DNA of 64,000 nucleotides, from assembly GCA_046563655.1 (NCBI GenBank), contig CM102286.1, forward strand, positions 1,116,001 to 1,180,000, given 5' to 3'. The notes below the pieces were generated by a model. The model made no database searches. It was not told the origin of the DNA and saw only the letters and a program-made list of their open reading frames with translations. Both the position numbers and the translations under genes were made by a program. This document shows, piece by piece, positions 38,154 through 50,312 of the stretch. The stretch comes from Yuukianura sp. NJ FZ-2021 (lineage: Eukaryota). The number at the start of each line of letters is the position of its first letter. Position 1 is the stretch's first letter.

Positions 38154-41100
38154 ATGAAAGGTAAAAGTTGTCCATTTAAAAGATTCGATAAAAAGATGTT
38201 TTTTAATAAAAAAAAAGTGTTTAAAAAAATATTTTTAAAAAAAATTCAGTGAACATATAAAAAATTGAACGTAATTAAACATCATCAGCTAAAAAAAAAC
38301 TAAAATTCATCCCAAAAATAACGATTAATTACATTTTAGTTCATTTAAAATTGCAAAGTTTTCAACTTTGTACATAAGTTTTAACCTTGATTGTAGATGT
38401 TGAAATTTTTCCTGTTATTTTTGGAAATGGGAAGTTTGTTTTTTAGCATCAGCGTAAAAAGTAGTCATTCGACTTCTGGAAAGTTTCAAAATCCAATTTT
38501 CTTATAAGTGTCCAATAAATTGCAAATCAAGTTTAAGTAGTTTAGTATTTTTTGAAACATTTTGGTCATTATAGTTGAAAAAGAGTGATTTCTGATTCTA
38601 AACTAGTTTGATGGTGAAAACTAGTTCTGTGGACAACTTTGTTGTTGTTTGATGGCTCAATATCTACATAGGTGTCAAATAGTTGTCGAAGTGCAATTAA
38701 CAATGACTGACAACTTACAGTAACAATTACATCCTACTTTGTACTTTTAATTTTGTAGAACCCCAGTGCTGGGTGACCTTGGCTCAAAGCGATGCGGAAG
38801 GATGGGCAGCCACTGTCCTTGCAAGGTCAATTCGGAATTCCCTCACTACTCGGCCTCTGACAATTGTAATTTCGGAAAATGTGACGCTACCAATGAAGTA
38901 ATTAAAGTTATACTAATTTATATTCAACCTGTTTATGTGATCTCATACCACTGCTTCGAATGAATGGCTCCGAAATGAAATGCTACGAATGAATTGGTGC
39001 GAAACCAATTGCTGCGAATGGCATATTTACTGAACGGCAAATTAAAAATAGTAGCTAAAACAAAAATTTCCTACAAAAAATGTTCACCTAGCGTAATGAG
39101 TCTTACAACTCCAACGAGTGTAATTTTATAATTGTTAGCCCTAAAGCTAACTTTACAATTGTTAGGTTAACTTAACCTCCTTACTGTGAACTAATACAGT
39201 TCGGAGCAACTTTGTTGTCTTTCGGAGGAATTGGGTTCGTAGGGATTCATTCGGAGCGTTTCATTTGAAGTAATGTCGTGATACCGTTTAGGTAAACTCA
39301 TTTATGTAAACACTGTTTAGGGTATTGCTGCAGAAGGAATTCGACGCAGTGTTTCGATTTGATTTGGCTGAAGTAGGTGGACATGCCAATTGTGGGCTAT
39401 TGTGGCTCTGGAACTTACGGAGCTGGACAAAATGTGTTTATGTTGACGCAAACTCCTACGTAAGACAAAGCTTCAAAAAATTGAGATTTAAACAAAATTA
39501 ATTTTTAACTTGCGCCAATGGTTCATCGTAGATGCTCAAAAATTGTGACGATTTGTTTCAAAAACCATCGTTTTCTGCTGTACAAAACGAAAATGGTACA
39601 TTCTCTACGCAGCTATTCGTTTTCAGGCCAAATGTCACTGAATTTGACCAACTTTTGGAACTTGCTCAAGATGCCAAAGGTTAAAAATTTAACTCAATTA
39701 ATACTGCATGTGCTATGAAACATTTGAAATTTCGAAATCTCAATTTTAAAACTTCAAATTTCAGGAGATGTTGTGAAAATTCTCAACTGGAACTTCAACG
39801 AATCCTTTGCCAACCCCAAAAATCAAATTCGCGATTCCGTGCTATGGAAAGTTACTGAGCTTGGAAGCAATTCGAAGTAAGATGCGGGCTACATACTAGT
39901 TTATGTTATATGTGAATACTGTTCGTCCTACTAAACTAAAAGTATTAAAATATTGTATTAGTATTATATTTTATTGTTGTTTATATAATTTTGCATCTTA
40001 TAGTCACTTGGATCCAAACATGATAAGTTTTGATGGACCAGCTTGGAAAAAAACCGGGACGAATGACGCCATCAACGAAATTGTGCACAAGTGGATTGCA
40101 ACTTTTGTGCACGAAGTCATTCCACACATCAAAGGAATGAAGGTACACATAATATTACTTAATACATATATTTCATATTATTACATATTAATATATTTCT
40201 ATATATTATACATTAATATTGTGGCGTCTGGCAAAAATTGGTCTATCCCTACCCGAATTATTGTCAAAAACATTTTTTTTAATTTTTTAATTTTAGATTT
40301 AATTTTAATTTAATTTTAGAATATTTTTAAAATTTGCCCAAATATTTACTTACAAGATTAGGATTGCATGGAAGAAATGAGTTGCGAGAGCCGCTCTTTC
40401 ACCTCATGTAGAATAGGAAATGATAGGTCAATGGTTACAGCTCTTCCCGGATTGAAGCGATGTGGGTTCGAATCCCACTCGGTTCATTAATTTTTCTACA
40501 CGCTGGCTTGTCTCTCAAGCCATGTGAGCCTTGAATCTCACAATGTATGATGTTTTAAATGTTATGTAGGATGAAGGTACGAGGAAGGCATTGATGGAGG
40601 CCATTGAAGAACGTCAACTTCCTGTCGTCAATGGTCCAGCGTCCACTCGTCCACAAAATCTGGAGGATCTTGGAACTTTGAAAGACGCCATTGCAGTAGT
40701 GGGCATGAGTTGTCGCTTCCCTGGAGCCAACAACGCCGATGAATTTTGGGAAGTGCTTGCCAGTGGCAGAGATCCGATCCGAAAATACCCGGCTGACCGT
40801 CCACGTCCACCGAGTCACCGATACACTGTTGAGGATGAAAAGGCTTTTGAGGCGGGATTTTTGAAATGTGCGGTAGATGAATTCGATGCAAAGTTTTTTG
40901 GAATTAGTCCCCGCGAAGCTCCGTTTGTGGATCCTCAACAGAGGATTTTGCTTGAAGTGATTTGGGAGAGCCTTGAAAATGGAAACATCAATCCACAAAA
41001 GTTGCGTGAAACTAACACTGGCGTGTTTGTTGGGATTTGGCAACAGGAGTATAATCAGCATTTCCCAGATTCACTTGCATTCACACCAAATGAATTTCAC

Positions 41101-44100
41101 CATCGATATTTGGGCAATGCCTTCAGTGCTACCGCCTCTCGTATCTCACATTTCCTTGGACTTTATGGACCAAACTACTCAATCGAGTAAAAAATATGAC
41201 AAAAGCAGCAAAAATTTTAAAAATAGAAAAAAAAAGTTTAGCATTTCTGAATTTCTCAAAATTTGATTTCGTAGAAGCGGATGTTCAAGCAGTTCCAGCG
41301 CAGTGCATCTCGCTTGTCAGAGTCTGCGTAGAGGTGAAACTACGCTGGCAATTGCCAGCGGTGTGAACCTGGTTTTACATTTCGTGAATCCAATTGGAGG
41401 AGGCGACGGAGATGCTGTTGTGCTCTCAGCTAATTTTAGATGCAAAACTTTTGATGAGAGGTTCATTTTTAAACTAAAAAAAAATTTTCAAAAAATTCTT
41501 TTAAAAAAAAACTAAATTTTTTTTTTGTTTTTTATTTTTGTTGCGAAACAGTGCTGATGGTTTCGTGCGAGCAGAAGGTTGTGGTGCAGTCGTATTGAAA
41601 CCTCTAGCACACGCCATGCGCGATGGAGACAACGTGATTGGCCTAATTCGCGGGACGGCCCTGAACAATGACGGCCCTGCGACCAGTTTTGGAACGCCAA
41701 ACGCCAGAGCTCAAGAACGAGCTTACCGCGAAGCTCTGGCCGACGCTGGAGTAAAACCGAACGAAGTTAGTGTCGTAGAAGCTCATGGAACAGGAACGAT
41801 TGTGGGAGGTAAAAACAAAAATTTAGATTTTTTTTCTTTTTCTGAACAGGTTATGCCATAACTCCTGCTTTTAAAAAATTGTTTGTTTTGAATTTTTTCT
41901 ACGATTTGTTAGCCTCGCACCTTGTAAAGTAAATGCGATTGGTCCAAAAGTTATTTTTTTTAAATCAGACTTATGGCATAACATGTTACAGCATTTGTAC
42001 ATATGACCGTTATAGTAACCTTGGATGAAACAAAACCGTTAAAACATTTTTTTTCAATAAGTTTTGCATTTCAAAATTTTTTAGACCCCACTGAAATGTA
42101 CGCCATTGGACAAGTTTACTCTGAAGACAGAACTGAACCACTTTTCGTCAGTTCTGTAAAAACGAACATTGGGCACTCCGAGGCATGCGCAGGAATGGCT
42201 GGGCTGATCAAAATCCTTCTTTGTCTCAAAAACAAACAACTTCCACCGCACCTTCATCTTGAAAGACTAAATCCCCGAATCAATCTTGAATCCATTCCGG
42301 CCATAATTCCACAAGAAGTGACTGCCTGGACAGCCGAAACAAGAATTGCAGCAGTCAGTTCATTCAGCATGAGCGGAACCAACGTCCACTTAATTGTTCA
42401 AGAAACTCCCGAAATTTTGAAATCTCCGGCCAAAATCAAAAAAGATGAAAACTCAAAACCGTTTGACATGATTACAATTTCGGCCAAATCGGAAGAAGCA
42501 CTGGAAGCTCTTTGTCAAAAATACGTAACCTATTTGGAGGAAAATTCAAATTTGAATATCAGCGATATCGCTTATACGCTCAACACTGGAAGGGCAAACA
42601 TGGCACACCGAATTGCTCTTGTAGCAAAAGATACTGCCCAAGTAGTTTCAAAATTACAGAGTCGTTCGTATGTCATTGGAAAAGCACCAACACAAAAACC
42701 CAAAACGATTTTCCTGTTTACGGGTCAAGGGTCACAGTACTTCAGTATGGGCAAAAATTTATACAACATGTCACCAGTATTTCGGTCGGCATTGAGAAAA
42801 TGTGACACCCTTTTTAAAAAATACTTGCGCTGTTCTCTCAAAGACGTTTTGTGGGGAGATGCAACTTTTTTGGAACAAACAATTTACTGTCAACCGGCAA
42901 TTTTTTCGATTCAATTTGCACTTTTCCAACTGTGGAACTCATTTGGAATTTTCCCAGACTTTGTTGTTGGTCACAGCGTTGGTGAGTTCTGCGCATCAGT
43001 TTGCGCAGGCGCACTGTCACTTGAAGACGCAATGCGATTGGTTATCGGCAGAAGTAAGTTGGTGGATTCTCTTGAAGGCGGGAAAATGATGGTCGTCAAA
43101 ACATCACCAAGTGAAACACGCGGATTGATTCAAGAATTCACGGCGTCGATAAAAGAAAAAGACGTTTGGATTGACGTCGCCGCTGAAAATTCAATGGAAG
43201 AAGTCGTCGTTTCTGGAACGGAGAAAAACGTATCAGATTTCGGCACTTTTTGCTCATCACGTTCTTTTAAAACACAGATGATCAGTGCATCTCACGCTTT
43301 CCACTCTCGTGAGATGGATCCAGTGTTGCCTGAGTTTGGTGCATTGGCGTCTCGAATCACCCCGAGCAAACTCAATTGTCGTTACATTTCTGGAACATTA
43401 GCGCGCGAATTGTCTGAAACCGATTTCGACTCTTGTTATTGGATGAGACATTTGAGAGATACTGTCCGATTTTGCGATGCAATCAAATATGTCAATCGCT
43501 TATTTGACGAACCCAAAGTTTTTGTTGAAGTCGGAAGTCAACCGATTTTGTTAAGCCTGACAATGGCAAATTTGTCTAGCACTACAACTGCAACATACTG
43601 TCCATCACTACGCAAAAGTGAAGACGATTTGACCTGCGTGCTGAACTCACTTTCAAAAATGTTTGTCGGTGGAGTCGATATATCTTGGGATAAATGGTAT
43701 CCCGAGGCCAGGAAATTATCTTTACCGACTTATCCATTTCAGCGCCAAAAATTTTGGATTCGAGATGAAGACGAAGGCATTCCGATTCCGCCTATGCTCC
43801 ACCCAATTCTTGGACGTCATTTGCCAGCTCCAGTGTCAGATCACGTTTTTGCACAAGTTTTGTCATCTAAAGAGTTAAAGTACGCTGAAGATCATCGTGT
43901 CGCTGAAAAAATTATTCTTCCAGCCGCAGCGTATTTGGAAACAATCATGGCCGCTGGATGCCAAATTCTGCAGGGCGGCAGAGTTCAAGTTCCGTTCAGC
44001 GTCGAAAATTTACAAGTCGAAGCAGCTTTGGATCTGACAAAAAGTTGCCAAATTCATACAATTGTGCGGAGTTTAGGAGAAGAAGGTGACATTAAATTTG

Positions 44101-47100
44101 AAATTGGAATTCACAAACAAGTTTCCCGCGAAGATTTGGACAAATGGAAACGTCATGCAGTGGCATCATTCTCTCCAAGTTTGCATGTTGCCGCTACTGA
44201 AGATTTTGAAATTCAGGAAATTTTGAATCGTTTAGAGCTAGTTGAAAAAATATCTGAAGCGTACGACGCAGTCGCAAAAGCGGGAATTCAATTTGGGCCA
44301 AAATTTCAATCAATCATCCGCGCCTGGAAGGCAGAGACGGAACTTTTAACTGAAATTGAAATGCCGCCAGATTCAAATTCATACATTTGTCATCCAATTG
44401 TCCTAGACGCTATGATTCAAACTTTTGCTCTCCGGAATGCCATTAAGTCACGTGACAAACAACAAGAACTTCAACTTCAACTACCAATCAGCATCAAGAA
44501 ATTTACTTGGTTTTCGCGGGAACCTACTCAAAAAGTGTTTGCTTATAGTACATGGACTGGAGATGCTCAAATGCAAGGAACCGTTACACTTTTAAGCGAA
44601 ACTGGACAAACTCTAGGCATAATGGACGGCTTAGAACTGATTTCCACCACAGTTGCAAATTTTCTGCGCGTCATGAACTCCGAATCCAACTTGTTACCCG
44701 GGTTTCTAGAAGAAGTTTGGCGCCCGACTTCCGGAATTACACGAAACAGACAAAATCCGGCCAATTTTGAAATTGTTGCATCAACATACATAAACCGAGC
44801 TTATGGAAGTGTTGGACAAACGTACTTTGACCGATGGTTTGAAAGATATGACAAGCAATTTAGTCGGTTTCTCGTTCGGGCTGTAATTGAATGCAAATGG
44901 CCATGGGGACCAATTGGAGCAAAAATTCGAACGGGTGATTGGACAGCAGTGGCTCCTCCTGGACTTCTTATATGCAAAACGTCACGATTACAACAAATTT
45001 TAACAGAATATGATTATTTGAAAAAAGTAGGAGAAGATGAATTTGAAATTTTAAAAGATTTACCGCCTTTGGATCAATGTGAAGCTGAAATTGAGGAGGC
45101 ATGGGAAGCTAAAGATGAGTCGAGCCAAGGTGATACTTTTTCCCAGGAGTTTGCAAGACGCTGTGGAACTTACATCACTCCCGTCCTACAAGGATCGGTA
45201 ACGCCGATTGCCTATTTGTTTCCCGCCGATCCGCTGGAACCCGGAGCGGTACGATTTTATAACGAAGGTAAATTTTGAGAATTTAAATTTAAAGAAATGA
45301 AAGTTCACTCTTATAAGAACTTTACGATTGGCACGAAAAACTTTTTTTTACCGACCAAATCAGACTGAGTTTTGTGAGGCTCACATGCTTTGTGGACAGA
45401 GTGAAAAATAGTGTAGAAAAATATTGGAACCGATTGGGATTCGTACCCACATCTCTTCAAGTACAGCGAAATGCTCTAACCCTTGAGCTATCTGGTCCTT
45501 CGTTTGACAACGCCACTGTTGCCAAACTCAGCCGTTTCTAAACTGCAAGTTTTGCTTTAGTTTGAATAATGTTGTTTATTAGGTAAAGGAATTCGAGAAG
45601 CTGCAGAGATTGCAGCAGCGCTCATCATTGACAGCGTCTTAAGCGCCCACGGTGCTCCTGGAACGTTACGAATTCTGGAAGTTGGGGCTGGAAGTGGAGC
45701 AGCTTCTGTATTCGTCCTGGAAGGATTAGCAGCAGAAAACATTCCATTTCACTACACATTTACAGACATCTCACCTCTCTTTTTACATGAAGCCAAGAAA
45801 AAATTTACATCCAAAAACATAACTTTTTCATTGTTCAACATTGAAGAAGATCCGATTGGTCAAGGCTACGCTCCCGAAGAATTTGATATCATTCTTGCCC
45901 ATAATGTCATTCATGCTACAGCCGATGTTCAAAAAAGTCTCAAAAATTTAAACTTGATACTTCGGAACAACGGACTTCTGGCACTCGGCGAAACTTTTAA
46001 AGACGTTGTCCATTGTTCACTTTCCTTTGGTTTTCTGGACGGTTGGTGGCGATTCACCGATGACCGAAAAAATTCTCCGCTTTTAAGTCACGAACAATGG
46101 AAAACTGCATTCGAAAAAGCTGGATTCGGAGATGCTGCTGCCTGGACAATCTATAACGACAACTGCGGAGCCGTGATTGGTCGAAAGGAGAAAATTCAGC
46201 CAACCGACGAAAGTTCAGCGTCAAATTCAAATGCATGGCTCTTTGTCTCAGATCAATCACAACTTGAACTGAATTTGAAACAAAAAGCGGGATTGGCGGG
46301 AAGAAAATGTTTGAATTTTGAGGACGAAGTTCCAGAGGGCCTCGAAACGGTCATTTTTCTTTGGACTTCTCCAGTCGTATACTCCGAAAATCAAGTCAAA
46401 TGTCAACAACTTTTAAATTTTTGCCAAAAGTTGATTCAGAAATACCAAGACATCAAGGTCAAACCGAAATTTATTTTAGTGACACGCGGAGTTAACTACT
46501 TGGGTGACGCAGGATCGGGAAATCCAAATGTCGCTACGAGTTTTTCCTTTGTCCGTACATTTGCAAATGAACATCCAGATTTGAATATTGTTGCGATTGA
46601 CCTTGACCAAAATGAGGTCAATCAAGAACGAGAGGTCACTGAACTTTTTGCAACGATTTGTTCCAAAGAAAAAGAAGCGATAAAAGCTATCCGCGAAGAT
46701 AAAATTTTTGTGCAGCGTTTGGTTTCCTTGGATAACCGAAATTTAGCCATTCCAATGCCAAATTCAAATCGATTCAAAATTACCAATCCACCGTCCAAAA
46801 GTCTCCACGATTTACAAATTTCTGTGGCACCAAAAATTGAACCAGTTGAAGATCAAGTTGAAGTGGCAATTCGTGCAACTGGTTTGAACTTTCGTGATCT
46901 TTTTCTCATTTTGAGACCAGAAGGATTCGACATTCCAGAAAACATTAACATGGAACCAGGCCTGGACATTTCTGGAGTCGTTTCAGCCGTTGGACCAAAT
47001 TGCACAAAATTTCAAATTGGAGATGCCGTTTTTGGATCAGTTCCGGGAGGCGGTTTGGCATCGCACATCATTACATCTTCAAAATTGTTAATTCGAAAAC

Positions 47101-50100
47101 CACAAGAAATGACTTTCCCCGCTGCAGCAACAATTCCTGTAGCATTTTTGACAGTTTTCTACTCATTTCACGAATTGGCAAAACTTTCTCGTGGAGATCG
47201 AGTTTTAATTCATGTTGCAACTGGTGGAGTTGGATTAGCGGGAATTCAAATGGCGAATCACGTGGGTGCTGAAATTTTTGCAACAGCGGGAAGTCGGAGG
47301 AAGAGAGCCTACTTGAGATCAATTGGAATCAAACATGTTTACCACTCCAGAAATACGGATTTTGGAGACGAAATTTTGAAAGACACAAATGGAGCAGGAG
47401 TGGACGTCATTTTGAATTCCCTGACTGGACCAAATTTTAAAGAAGCTTCACTCAAAGCCTGTGCTCAAAATGGCAGATTTGTGGAAATTGGAAAAATGAA
47501 TATTTGGACGGAAGAGGAAGTGAAGAGCATGCGTCCAGACGTTAAGTATTTTGTGGTGGAACTTGCTGAAACTTCTCGCAACGAACCAGAAAAATTGAAT
47601 GAATTGGCGGGAACTGTGGAAGCTGAATTTGAAAAAGGCGCGTATCAGGGGCTTCCACATGAAGCTTTTCCTCTGGACATGATCAGAGAAGCTTTCTTTT
47701 ACTTTCAAGAAGCAAAACACATTGGGAAAATTGTCATCAACATTCCCGAGGCCAAAGTGTCACCAGCGGGAAAAATTGAATTTAAAAATAATCTTTTCCA
47801 TTCACAAAGTACGTACTTGATCACCGGAGGGTTGGGTGGAATTGGGATGGAAGTGGCCAAATGGATGAACCAATCAGGAGCCACCAATTTGATCCTCGTT
47901 GGTCGAAATCCACCATCGGCAAGTAGTCAGGATGTGCTGGATTGTTTGAATAAGAATGGCTGTCGAGCAGTAGCTATGCAAGCAGATATCGGCAATTACG
48001 ACGAATGTGCTGCAGTTTTGAATTCTATCAAAAATTTAAATTTCCCGCCACTTCGTGGAATTATGCATGCCGCAGGAGTTCTTGCGGATGGAATTGTGAT
48101 TAATCAGTCATGGGACAAATTTGAAGCAGTGTTTAAACCTAAAGTCAATGGAACTTGGAATTTGCACAACTTGACCTCTGGATTTGACCTTGAATTTTTT
48201 ACAATGTTTTCAAGTATGGTCTCAATTTTTGGTGGACCGGGACAAAGTAATCATACGGCTGCCAATCGTTTTATGGATTCATTTGCACATTACCGAAATT
48301 CACTTGGGCTTCCCGCCAACAGCATAAATTTTGGTCCATGGTCAGATGTAAGAAATTTTTTTCATTTTTTCACTTCTTTTCAGAAATCTGAGTTTTTCAG
48401 TTTTTTTTTTTGGAAATCTGTTTTTCACTGTTTTTTTATAACTCTGCAGGTTGGTGTAGCTGCAAATCTTAAAATGACGCAGGATGGATACATCGGCATT
48501 AAATTTTTCACTCCTGCGCAGGGACTGCTTTCGATCGAACACATGCTAAAAACTCATCGACGTCAAGCAATTGTTGCTGAAGTGTCGGATTGGAACTTTT
48601 TGAAACAACTTTGTCGACTTGGAAATTTTTTTGACGAAATCAAAACAACGACATCCAATTCTGCTAATGGAATTGAACAATACAAAGCCATTATTGAAGA
48701 AATTAAAAATGCTACACCAGAAACCCGTCAAGCCAAAATTGAAGACTTTCTGGAACAAGCTTTGAAAGAAACACTCCGAATTCCAGAAAATGAGCAATTG
48801 GATCGTGAGCAAAACTTTTCAGAAATCGGAGTCGACTCACTCATGGCAATGGAGTTGCGCAATAGGCTTCAAGGAATGTTAGGAGACAAGCAGTTGACAG
48901 TCAGCGCTCTACAAGAAAACAGAACCATACGCAGCCTTTCTGCGCATATGGCAAATCTCATGAATTCCGACGCATCCGTCGTTTCAGTGGAATCGTTAGT
49001 CACCCAAGACATAATTTTACCAGCCGACATTCAAGTTACGACGAAACTCCCGCAAAAACCGAGCGAATTCAAGAATATTTTGTTGACAGGAAGCACGGGT
49101 CACTTGGGGGTCAACTTGATTCCGGCTTTGCAGAACCAAAATTCAAATTTGGTGTTGCATTGTATCATTCGCGGGAAAAATTCAGAAGATGCTGAAAACC
49201 GGTTGAAGAAAACACTGAATTTGTATTCTTTGGGAGAAAAAGTAAATTTTGAACGAATCCAAATTTTGGCGGGAGATTTAACCAGACCGAATTTCGACTT
49301 GACTTTGGAACAATACGAGGCTTTTGCAGAGAAGATTGATGCTGTTGTGCACTGCGCAGTAAAGTCAAATCATTTAGAAGAATACAATTCGTTTGGCGAA
49401 GGGAGTCTGCGCAGTAACAACGTTTTAGCGACCGTGAACGTTTTGCGTTTTGCTGCTACCGGAAAAACTAAAGCCGTTTTGTACGCGTCCTCACTTTTAG
49501 CTGCAACTGAAGTAAGAGAAGACGGTTGCTTAGTTGAAAATTTTCCGGCTGAGGAAGATGTTGGCACTTCGATCAAAAATGGTTACGTTCTGTCAAAATT
49601 CGTTTCGGAAAAGTTAATGTCACAAGCCCTTGACCGTGGAATTCCGGTAACAGTTATCCGGTACGCCAGTATCGTCGGAAACAGCATAACCGGTTTCATT
49701 CCTACCGGAAAAAATCATTCATGGAGCATCATGACTTCTTGTTTTCGAATCAAAAAATTTCCAGCTATGAATCAAAATGGAATTCCAGTTATGGCTGTTG
49801 ACACAGCGGCGCAAGTTACTGCACAAATTTTCTTAACCGATTCAATGGAAACGGGAGTTTACAATTTGTCTGGAAAATCAATAATTTCCGAAGAGGAAAT
49901 GGCTACAGGCATAGCAAAATTTGGAATTGTAGGAGAATTTGTTCCGTTTTCAGAGTGGCGGGATACAGTTTTTGAAAATATGGATAAAAATGAATTGGCG
50001 CCATTTTTTAGCATTTATGGTGACGATGAGAATACACAGGCTCAAGCATACCTTGGCATGCATCCATTGGCGACTCAAATTGCAGCACTTGAATTTAATT

Positions 50101-50219
50101 CAGTTAGTGAAAAAGTGCGCCGAAATTGTCCCGAGTTTGAAAAAAGTATTGTTTCAATGGAAGATCTTATGCAGCGCCATCTACAATTCCATTTTGATTC
50201 ACTTACAAGCCAACCCTAA
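38154..50219 (+). CDS. Type I reducing polyketide synthase B with N-terminal glycogenin-like (GT8) domain: GT8*-KS-AT-DH-cMT-ER-KR-ACP-R
   Basis: Exons 38154-38160 (tentative), 38759-38897, 39321-39459, 39532-39679, 39765-39876, 40004-40142, 40570-41186, 41275-41460, 41552-41808, 42085-45267, 45583-48347, 48450-50219, all phase-compatible. KS: ESGCSSS, EAHGTGT, KTNIGHSE. AT: GHSVG, HAFHS. DH: HRVAEKIILP, LDAMIQ. cMT: ILEVGAGSG, YTFTDIS, HNVIHAT. ACP: GVDSL. R: TGSTGHLG, GYVLSK. Confidence 0.92.
38759..40142 (+). other. Five exons encoding a degenerate glycogenin-like GT8 domain at the N-terminus of PKS-B
   Basis: QCWVTLAQSDAEGWAATVLARSIRNSLTTRPLTIVISENVT; LWNLRSWTKCVYVDANSYMLKNCDDLF; LFVFRPN; KILNWNF; KWIATFVHEVIP. 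Collinear with the glycogenin pattern AFVTL...ALVLG.SL...TTR.L / W.L..Y.KCVF.DAD..VL.N.DDLF. Confidence 0.85.
38943..39281. mobile_element. MITE-like element with ~50-bp inverted ends and ~15-bp cgaatgaa-type subrepeats, in a PKS-B intron
   Basis: tcataccactgcttcgaatgaatggctccgaa... matches the reverse complement of ...ttcggagcgtttcatttgaagtaatgtcgtga. Similar subrepeats occur at ~61150-61260. Confidence 0.65.
40416..40540 (+). mobile_element. tRNA-derived SINE-like element, copy 1
   Basis: A-box-like taggtcaatggtta and B-box ggttcgaatccc. The tail tttttctacac...catgtgagcct is shared with the copy at 45362-45498. Confidence 0.65.
41846..41986. mobile_element. Small MITE-like element with ~30-bp inverted ends in a PKS-B intron
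   Basis: acaggttatgccataactcctgcttttaaaaaa versus the reverse complement of the right end, acatgttatgccataagtctgatttaaaaaaa. Confidence 0.6.
45362..45498 (-). mobile_element. tRNA-derived SINE-like element, copy 2
   Basis: Reverse complement GGACCAGATAGCTCAAGGGTTAGAGCA...TTGAAGAGATGTGGGTACGAATCCCAATCGGTTCC has a tRNA-like head with A and B boxes, followed by the tail shared with copy 1. Confidence 0.7.
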
Positions 50220-50312
50220 CTTTTTGACAAATTCAAAACATAGTATAGAGTACATATTTCAAGGATTTTAATTTTAGGAATTGTAAATAAACAAAAATTT
50301 TGTTTCAAAATT

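Noticed and set aside
36521..38758. PKS-A and PKS-B as one bimodular gene
   Set aside because: PKS-A has a stop at 36518-36520 followed by AATAAA near 36589, and PKS-B has its own plausible start exon. Splicing across cannot be excluded without transcripts.
45426..45498. Functional tRNA gene on the minus strand
   Set aside because: The T-loop reads GTACGA rather than GTTCGA, the anticodon arm pairs poorly, and the tail is shared with a second diverged copy; a SINE head explains it better.
29291..50219. Bacterial contamination or canonical animal fatty acid synthase
   Set aside because: The genes have spliceosomal introns and host-type repeats and are flanked by animal genes. They end in an R domain or a bare ACP rather than the thioesterase of animal FAS.
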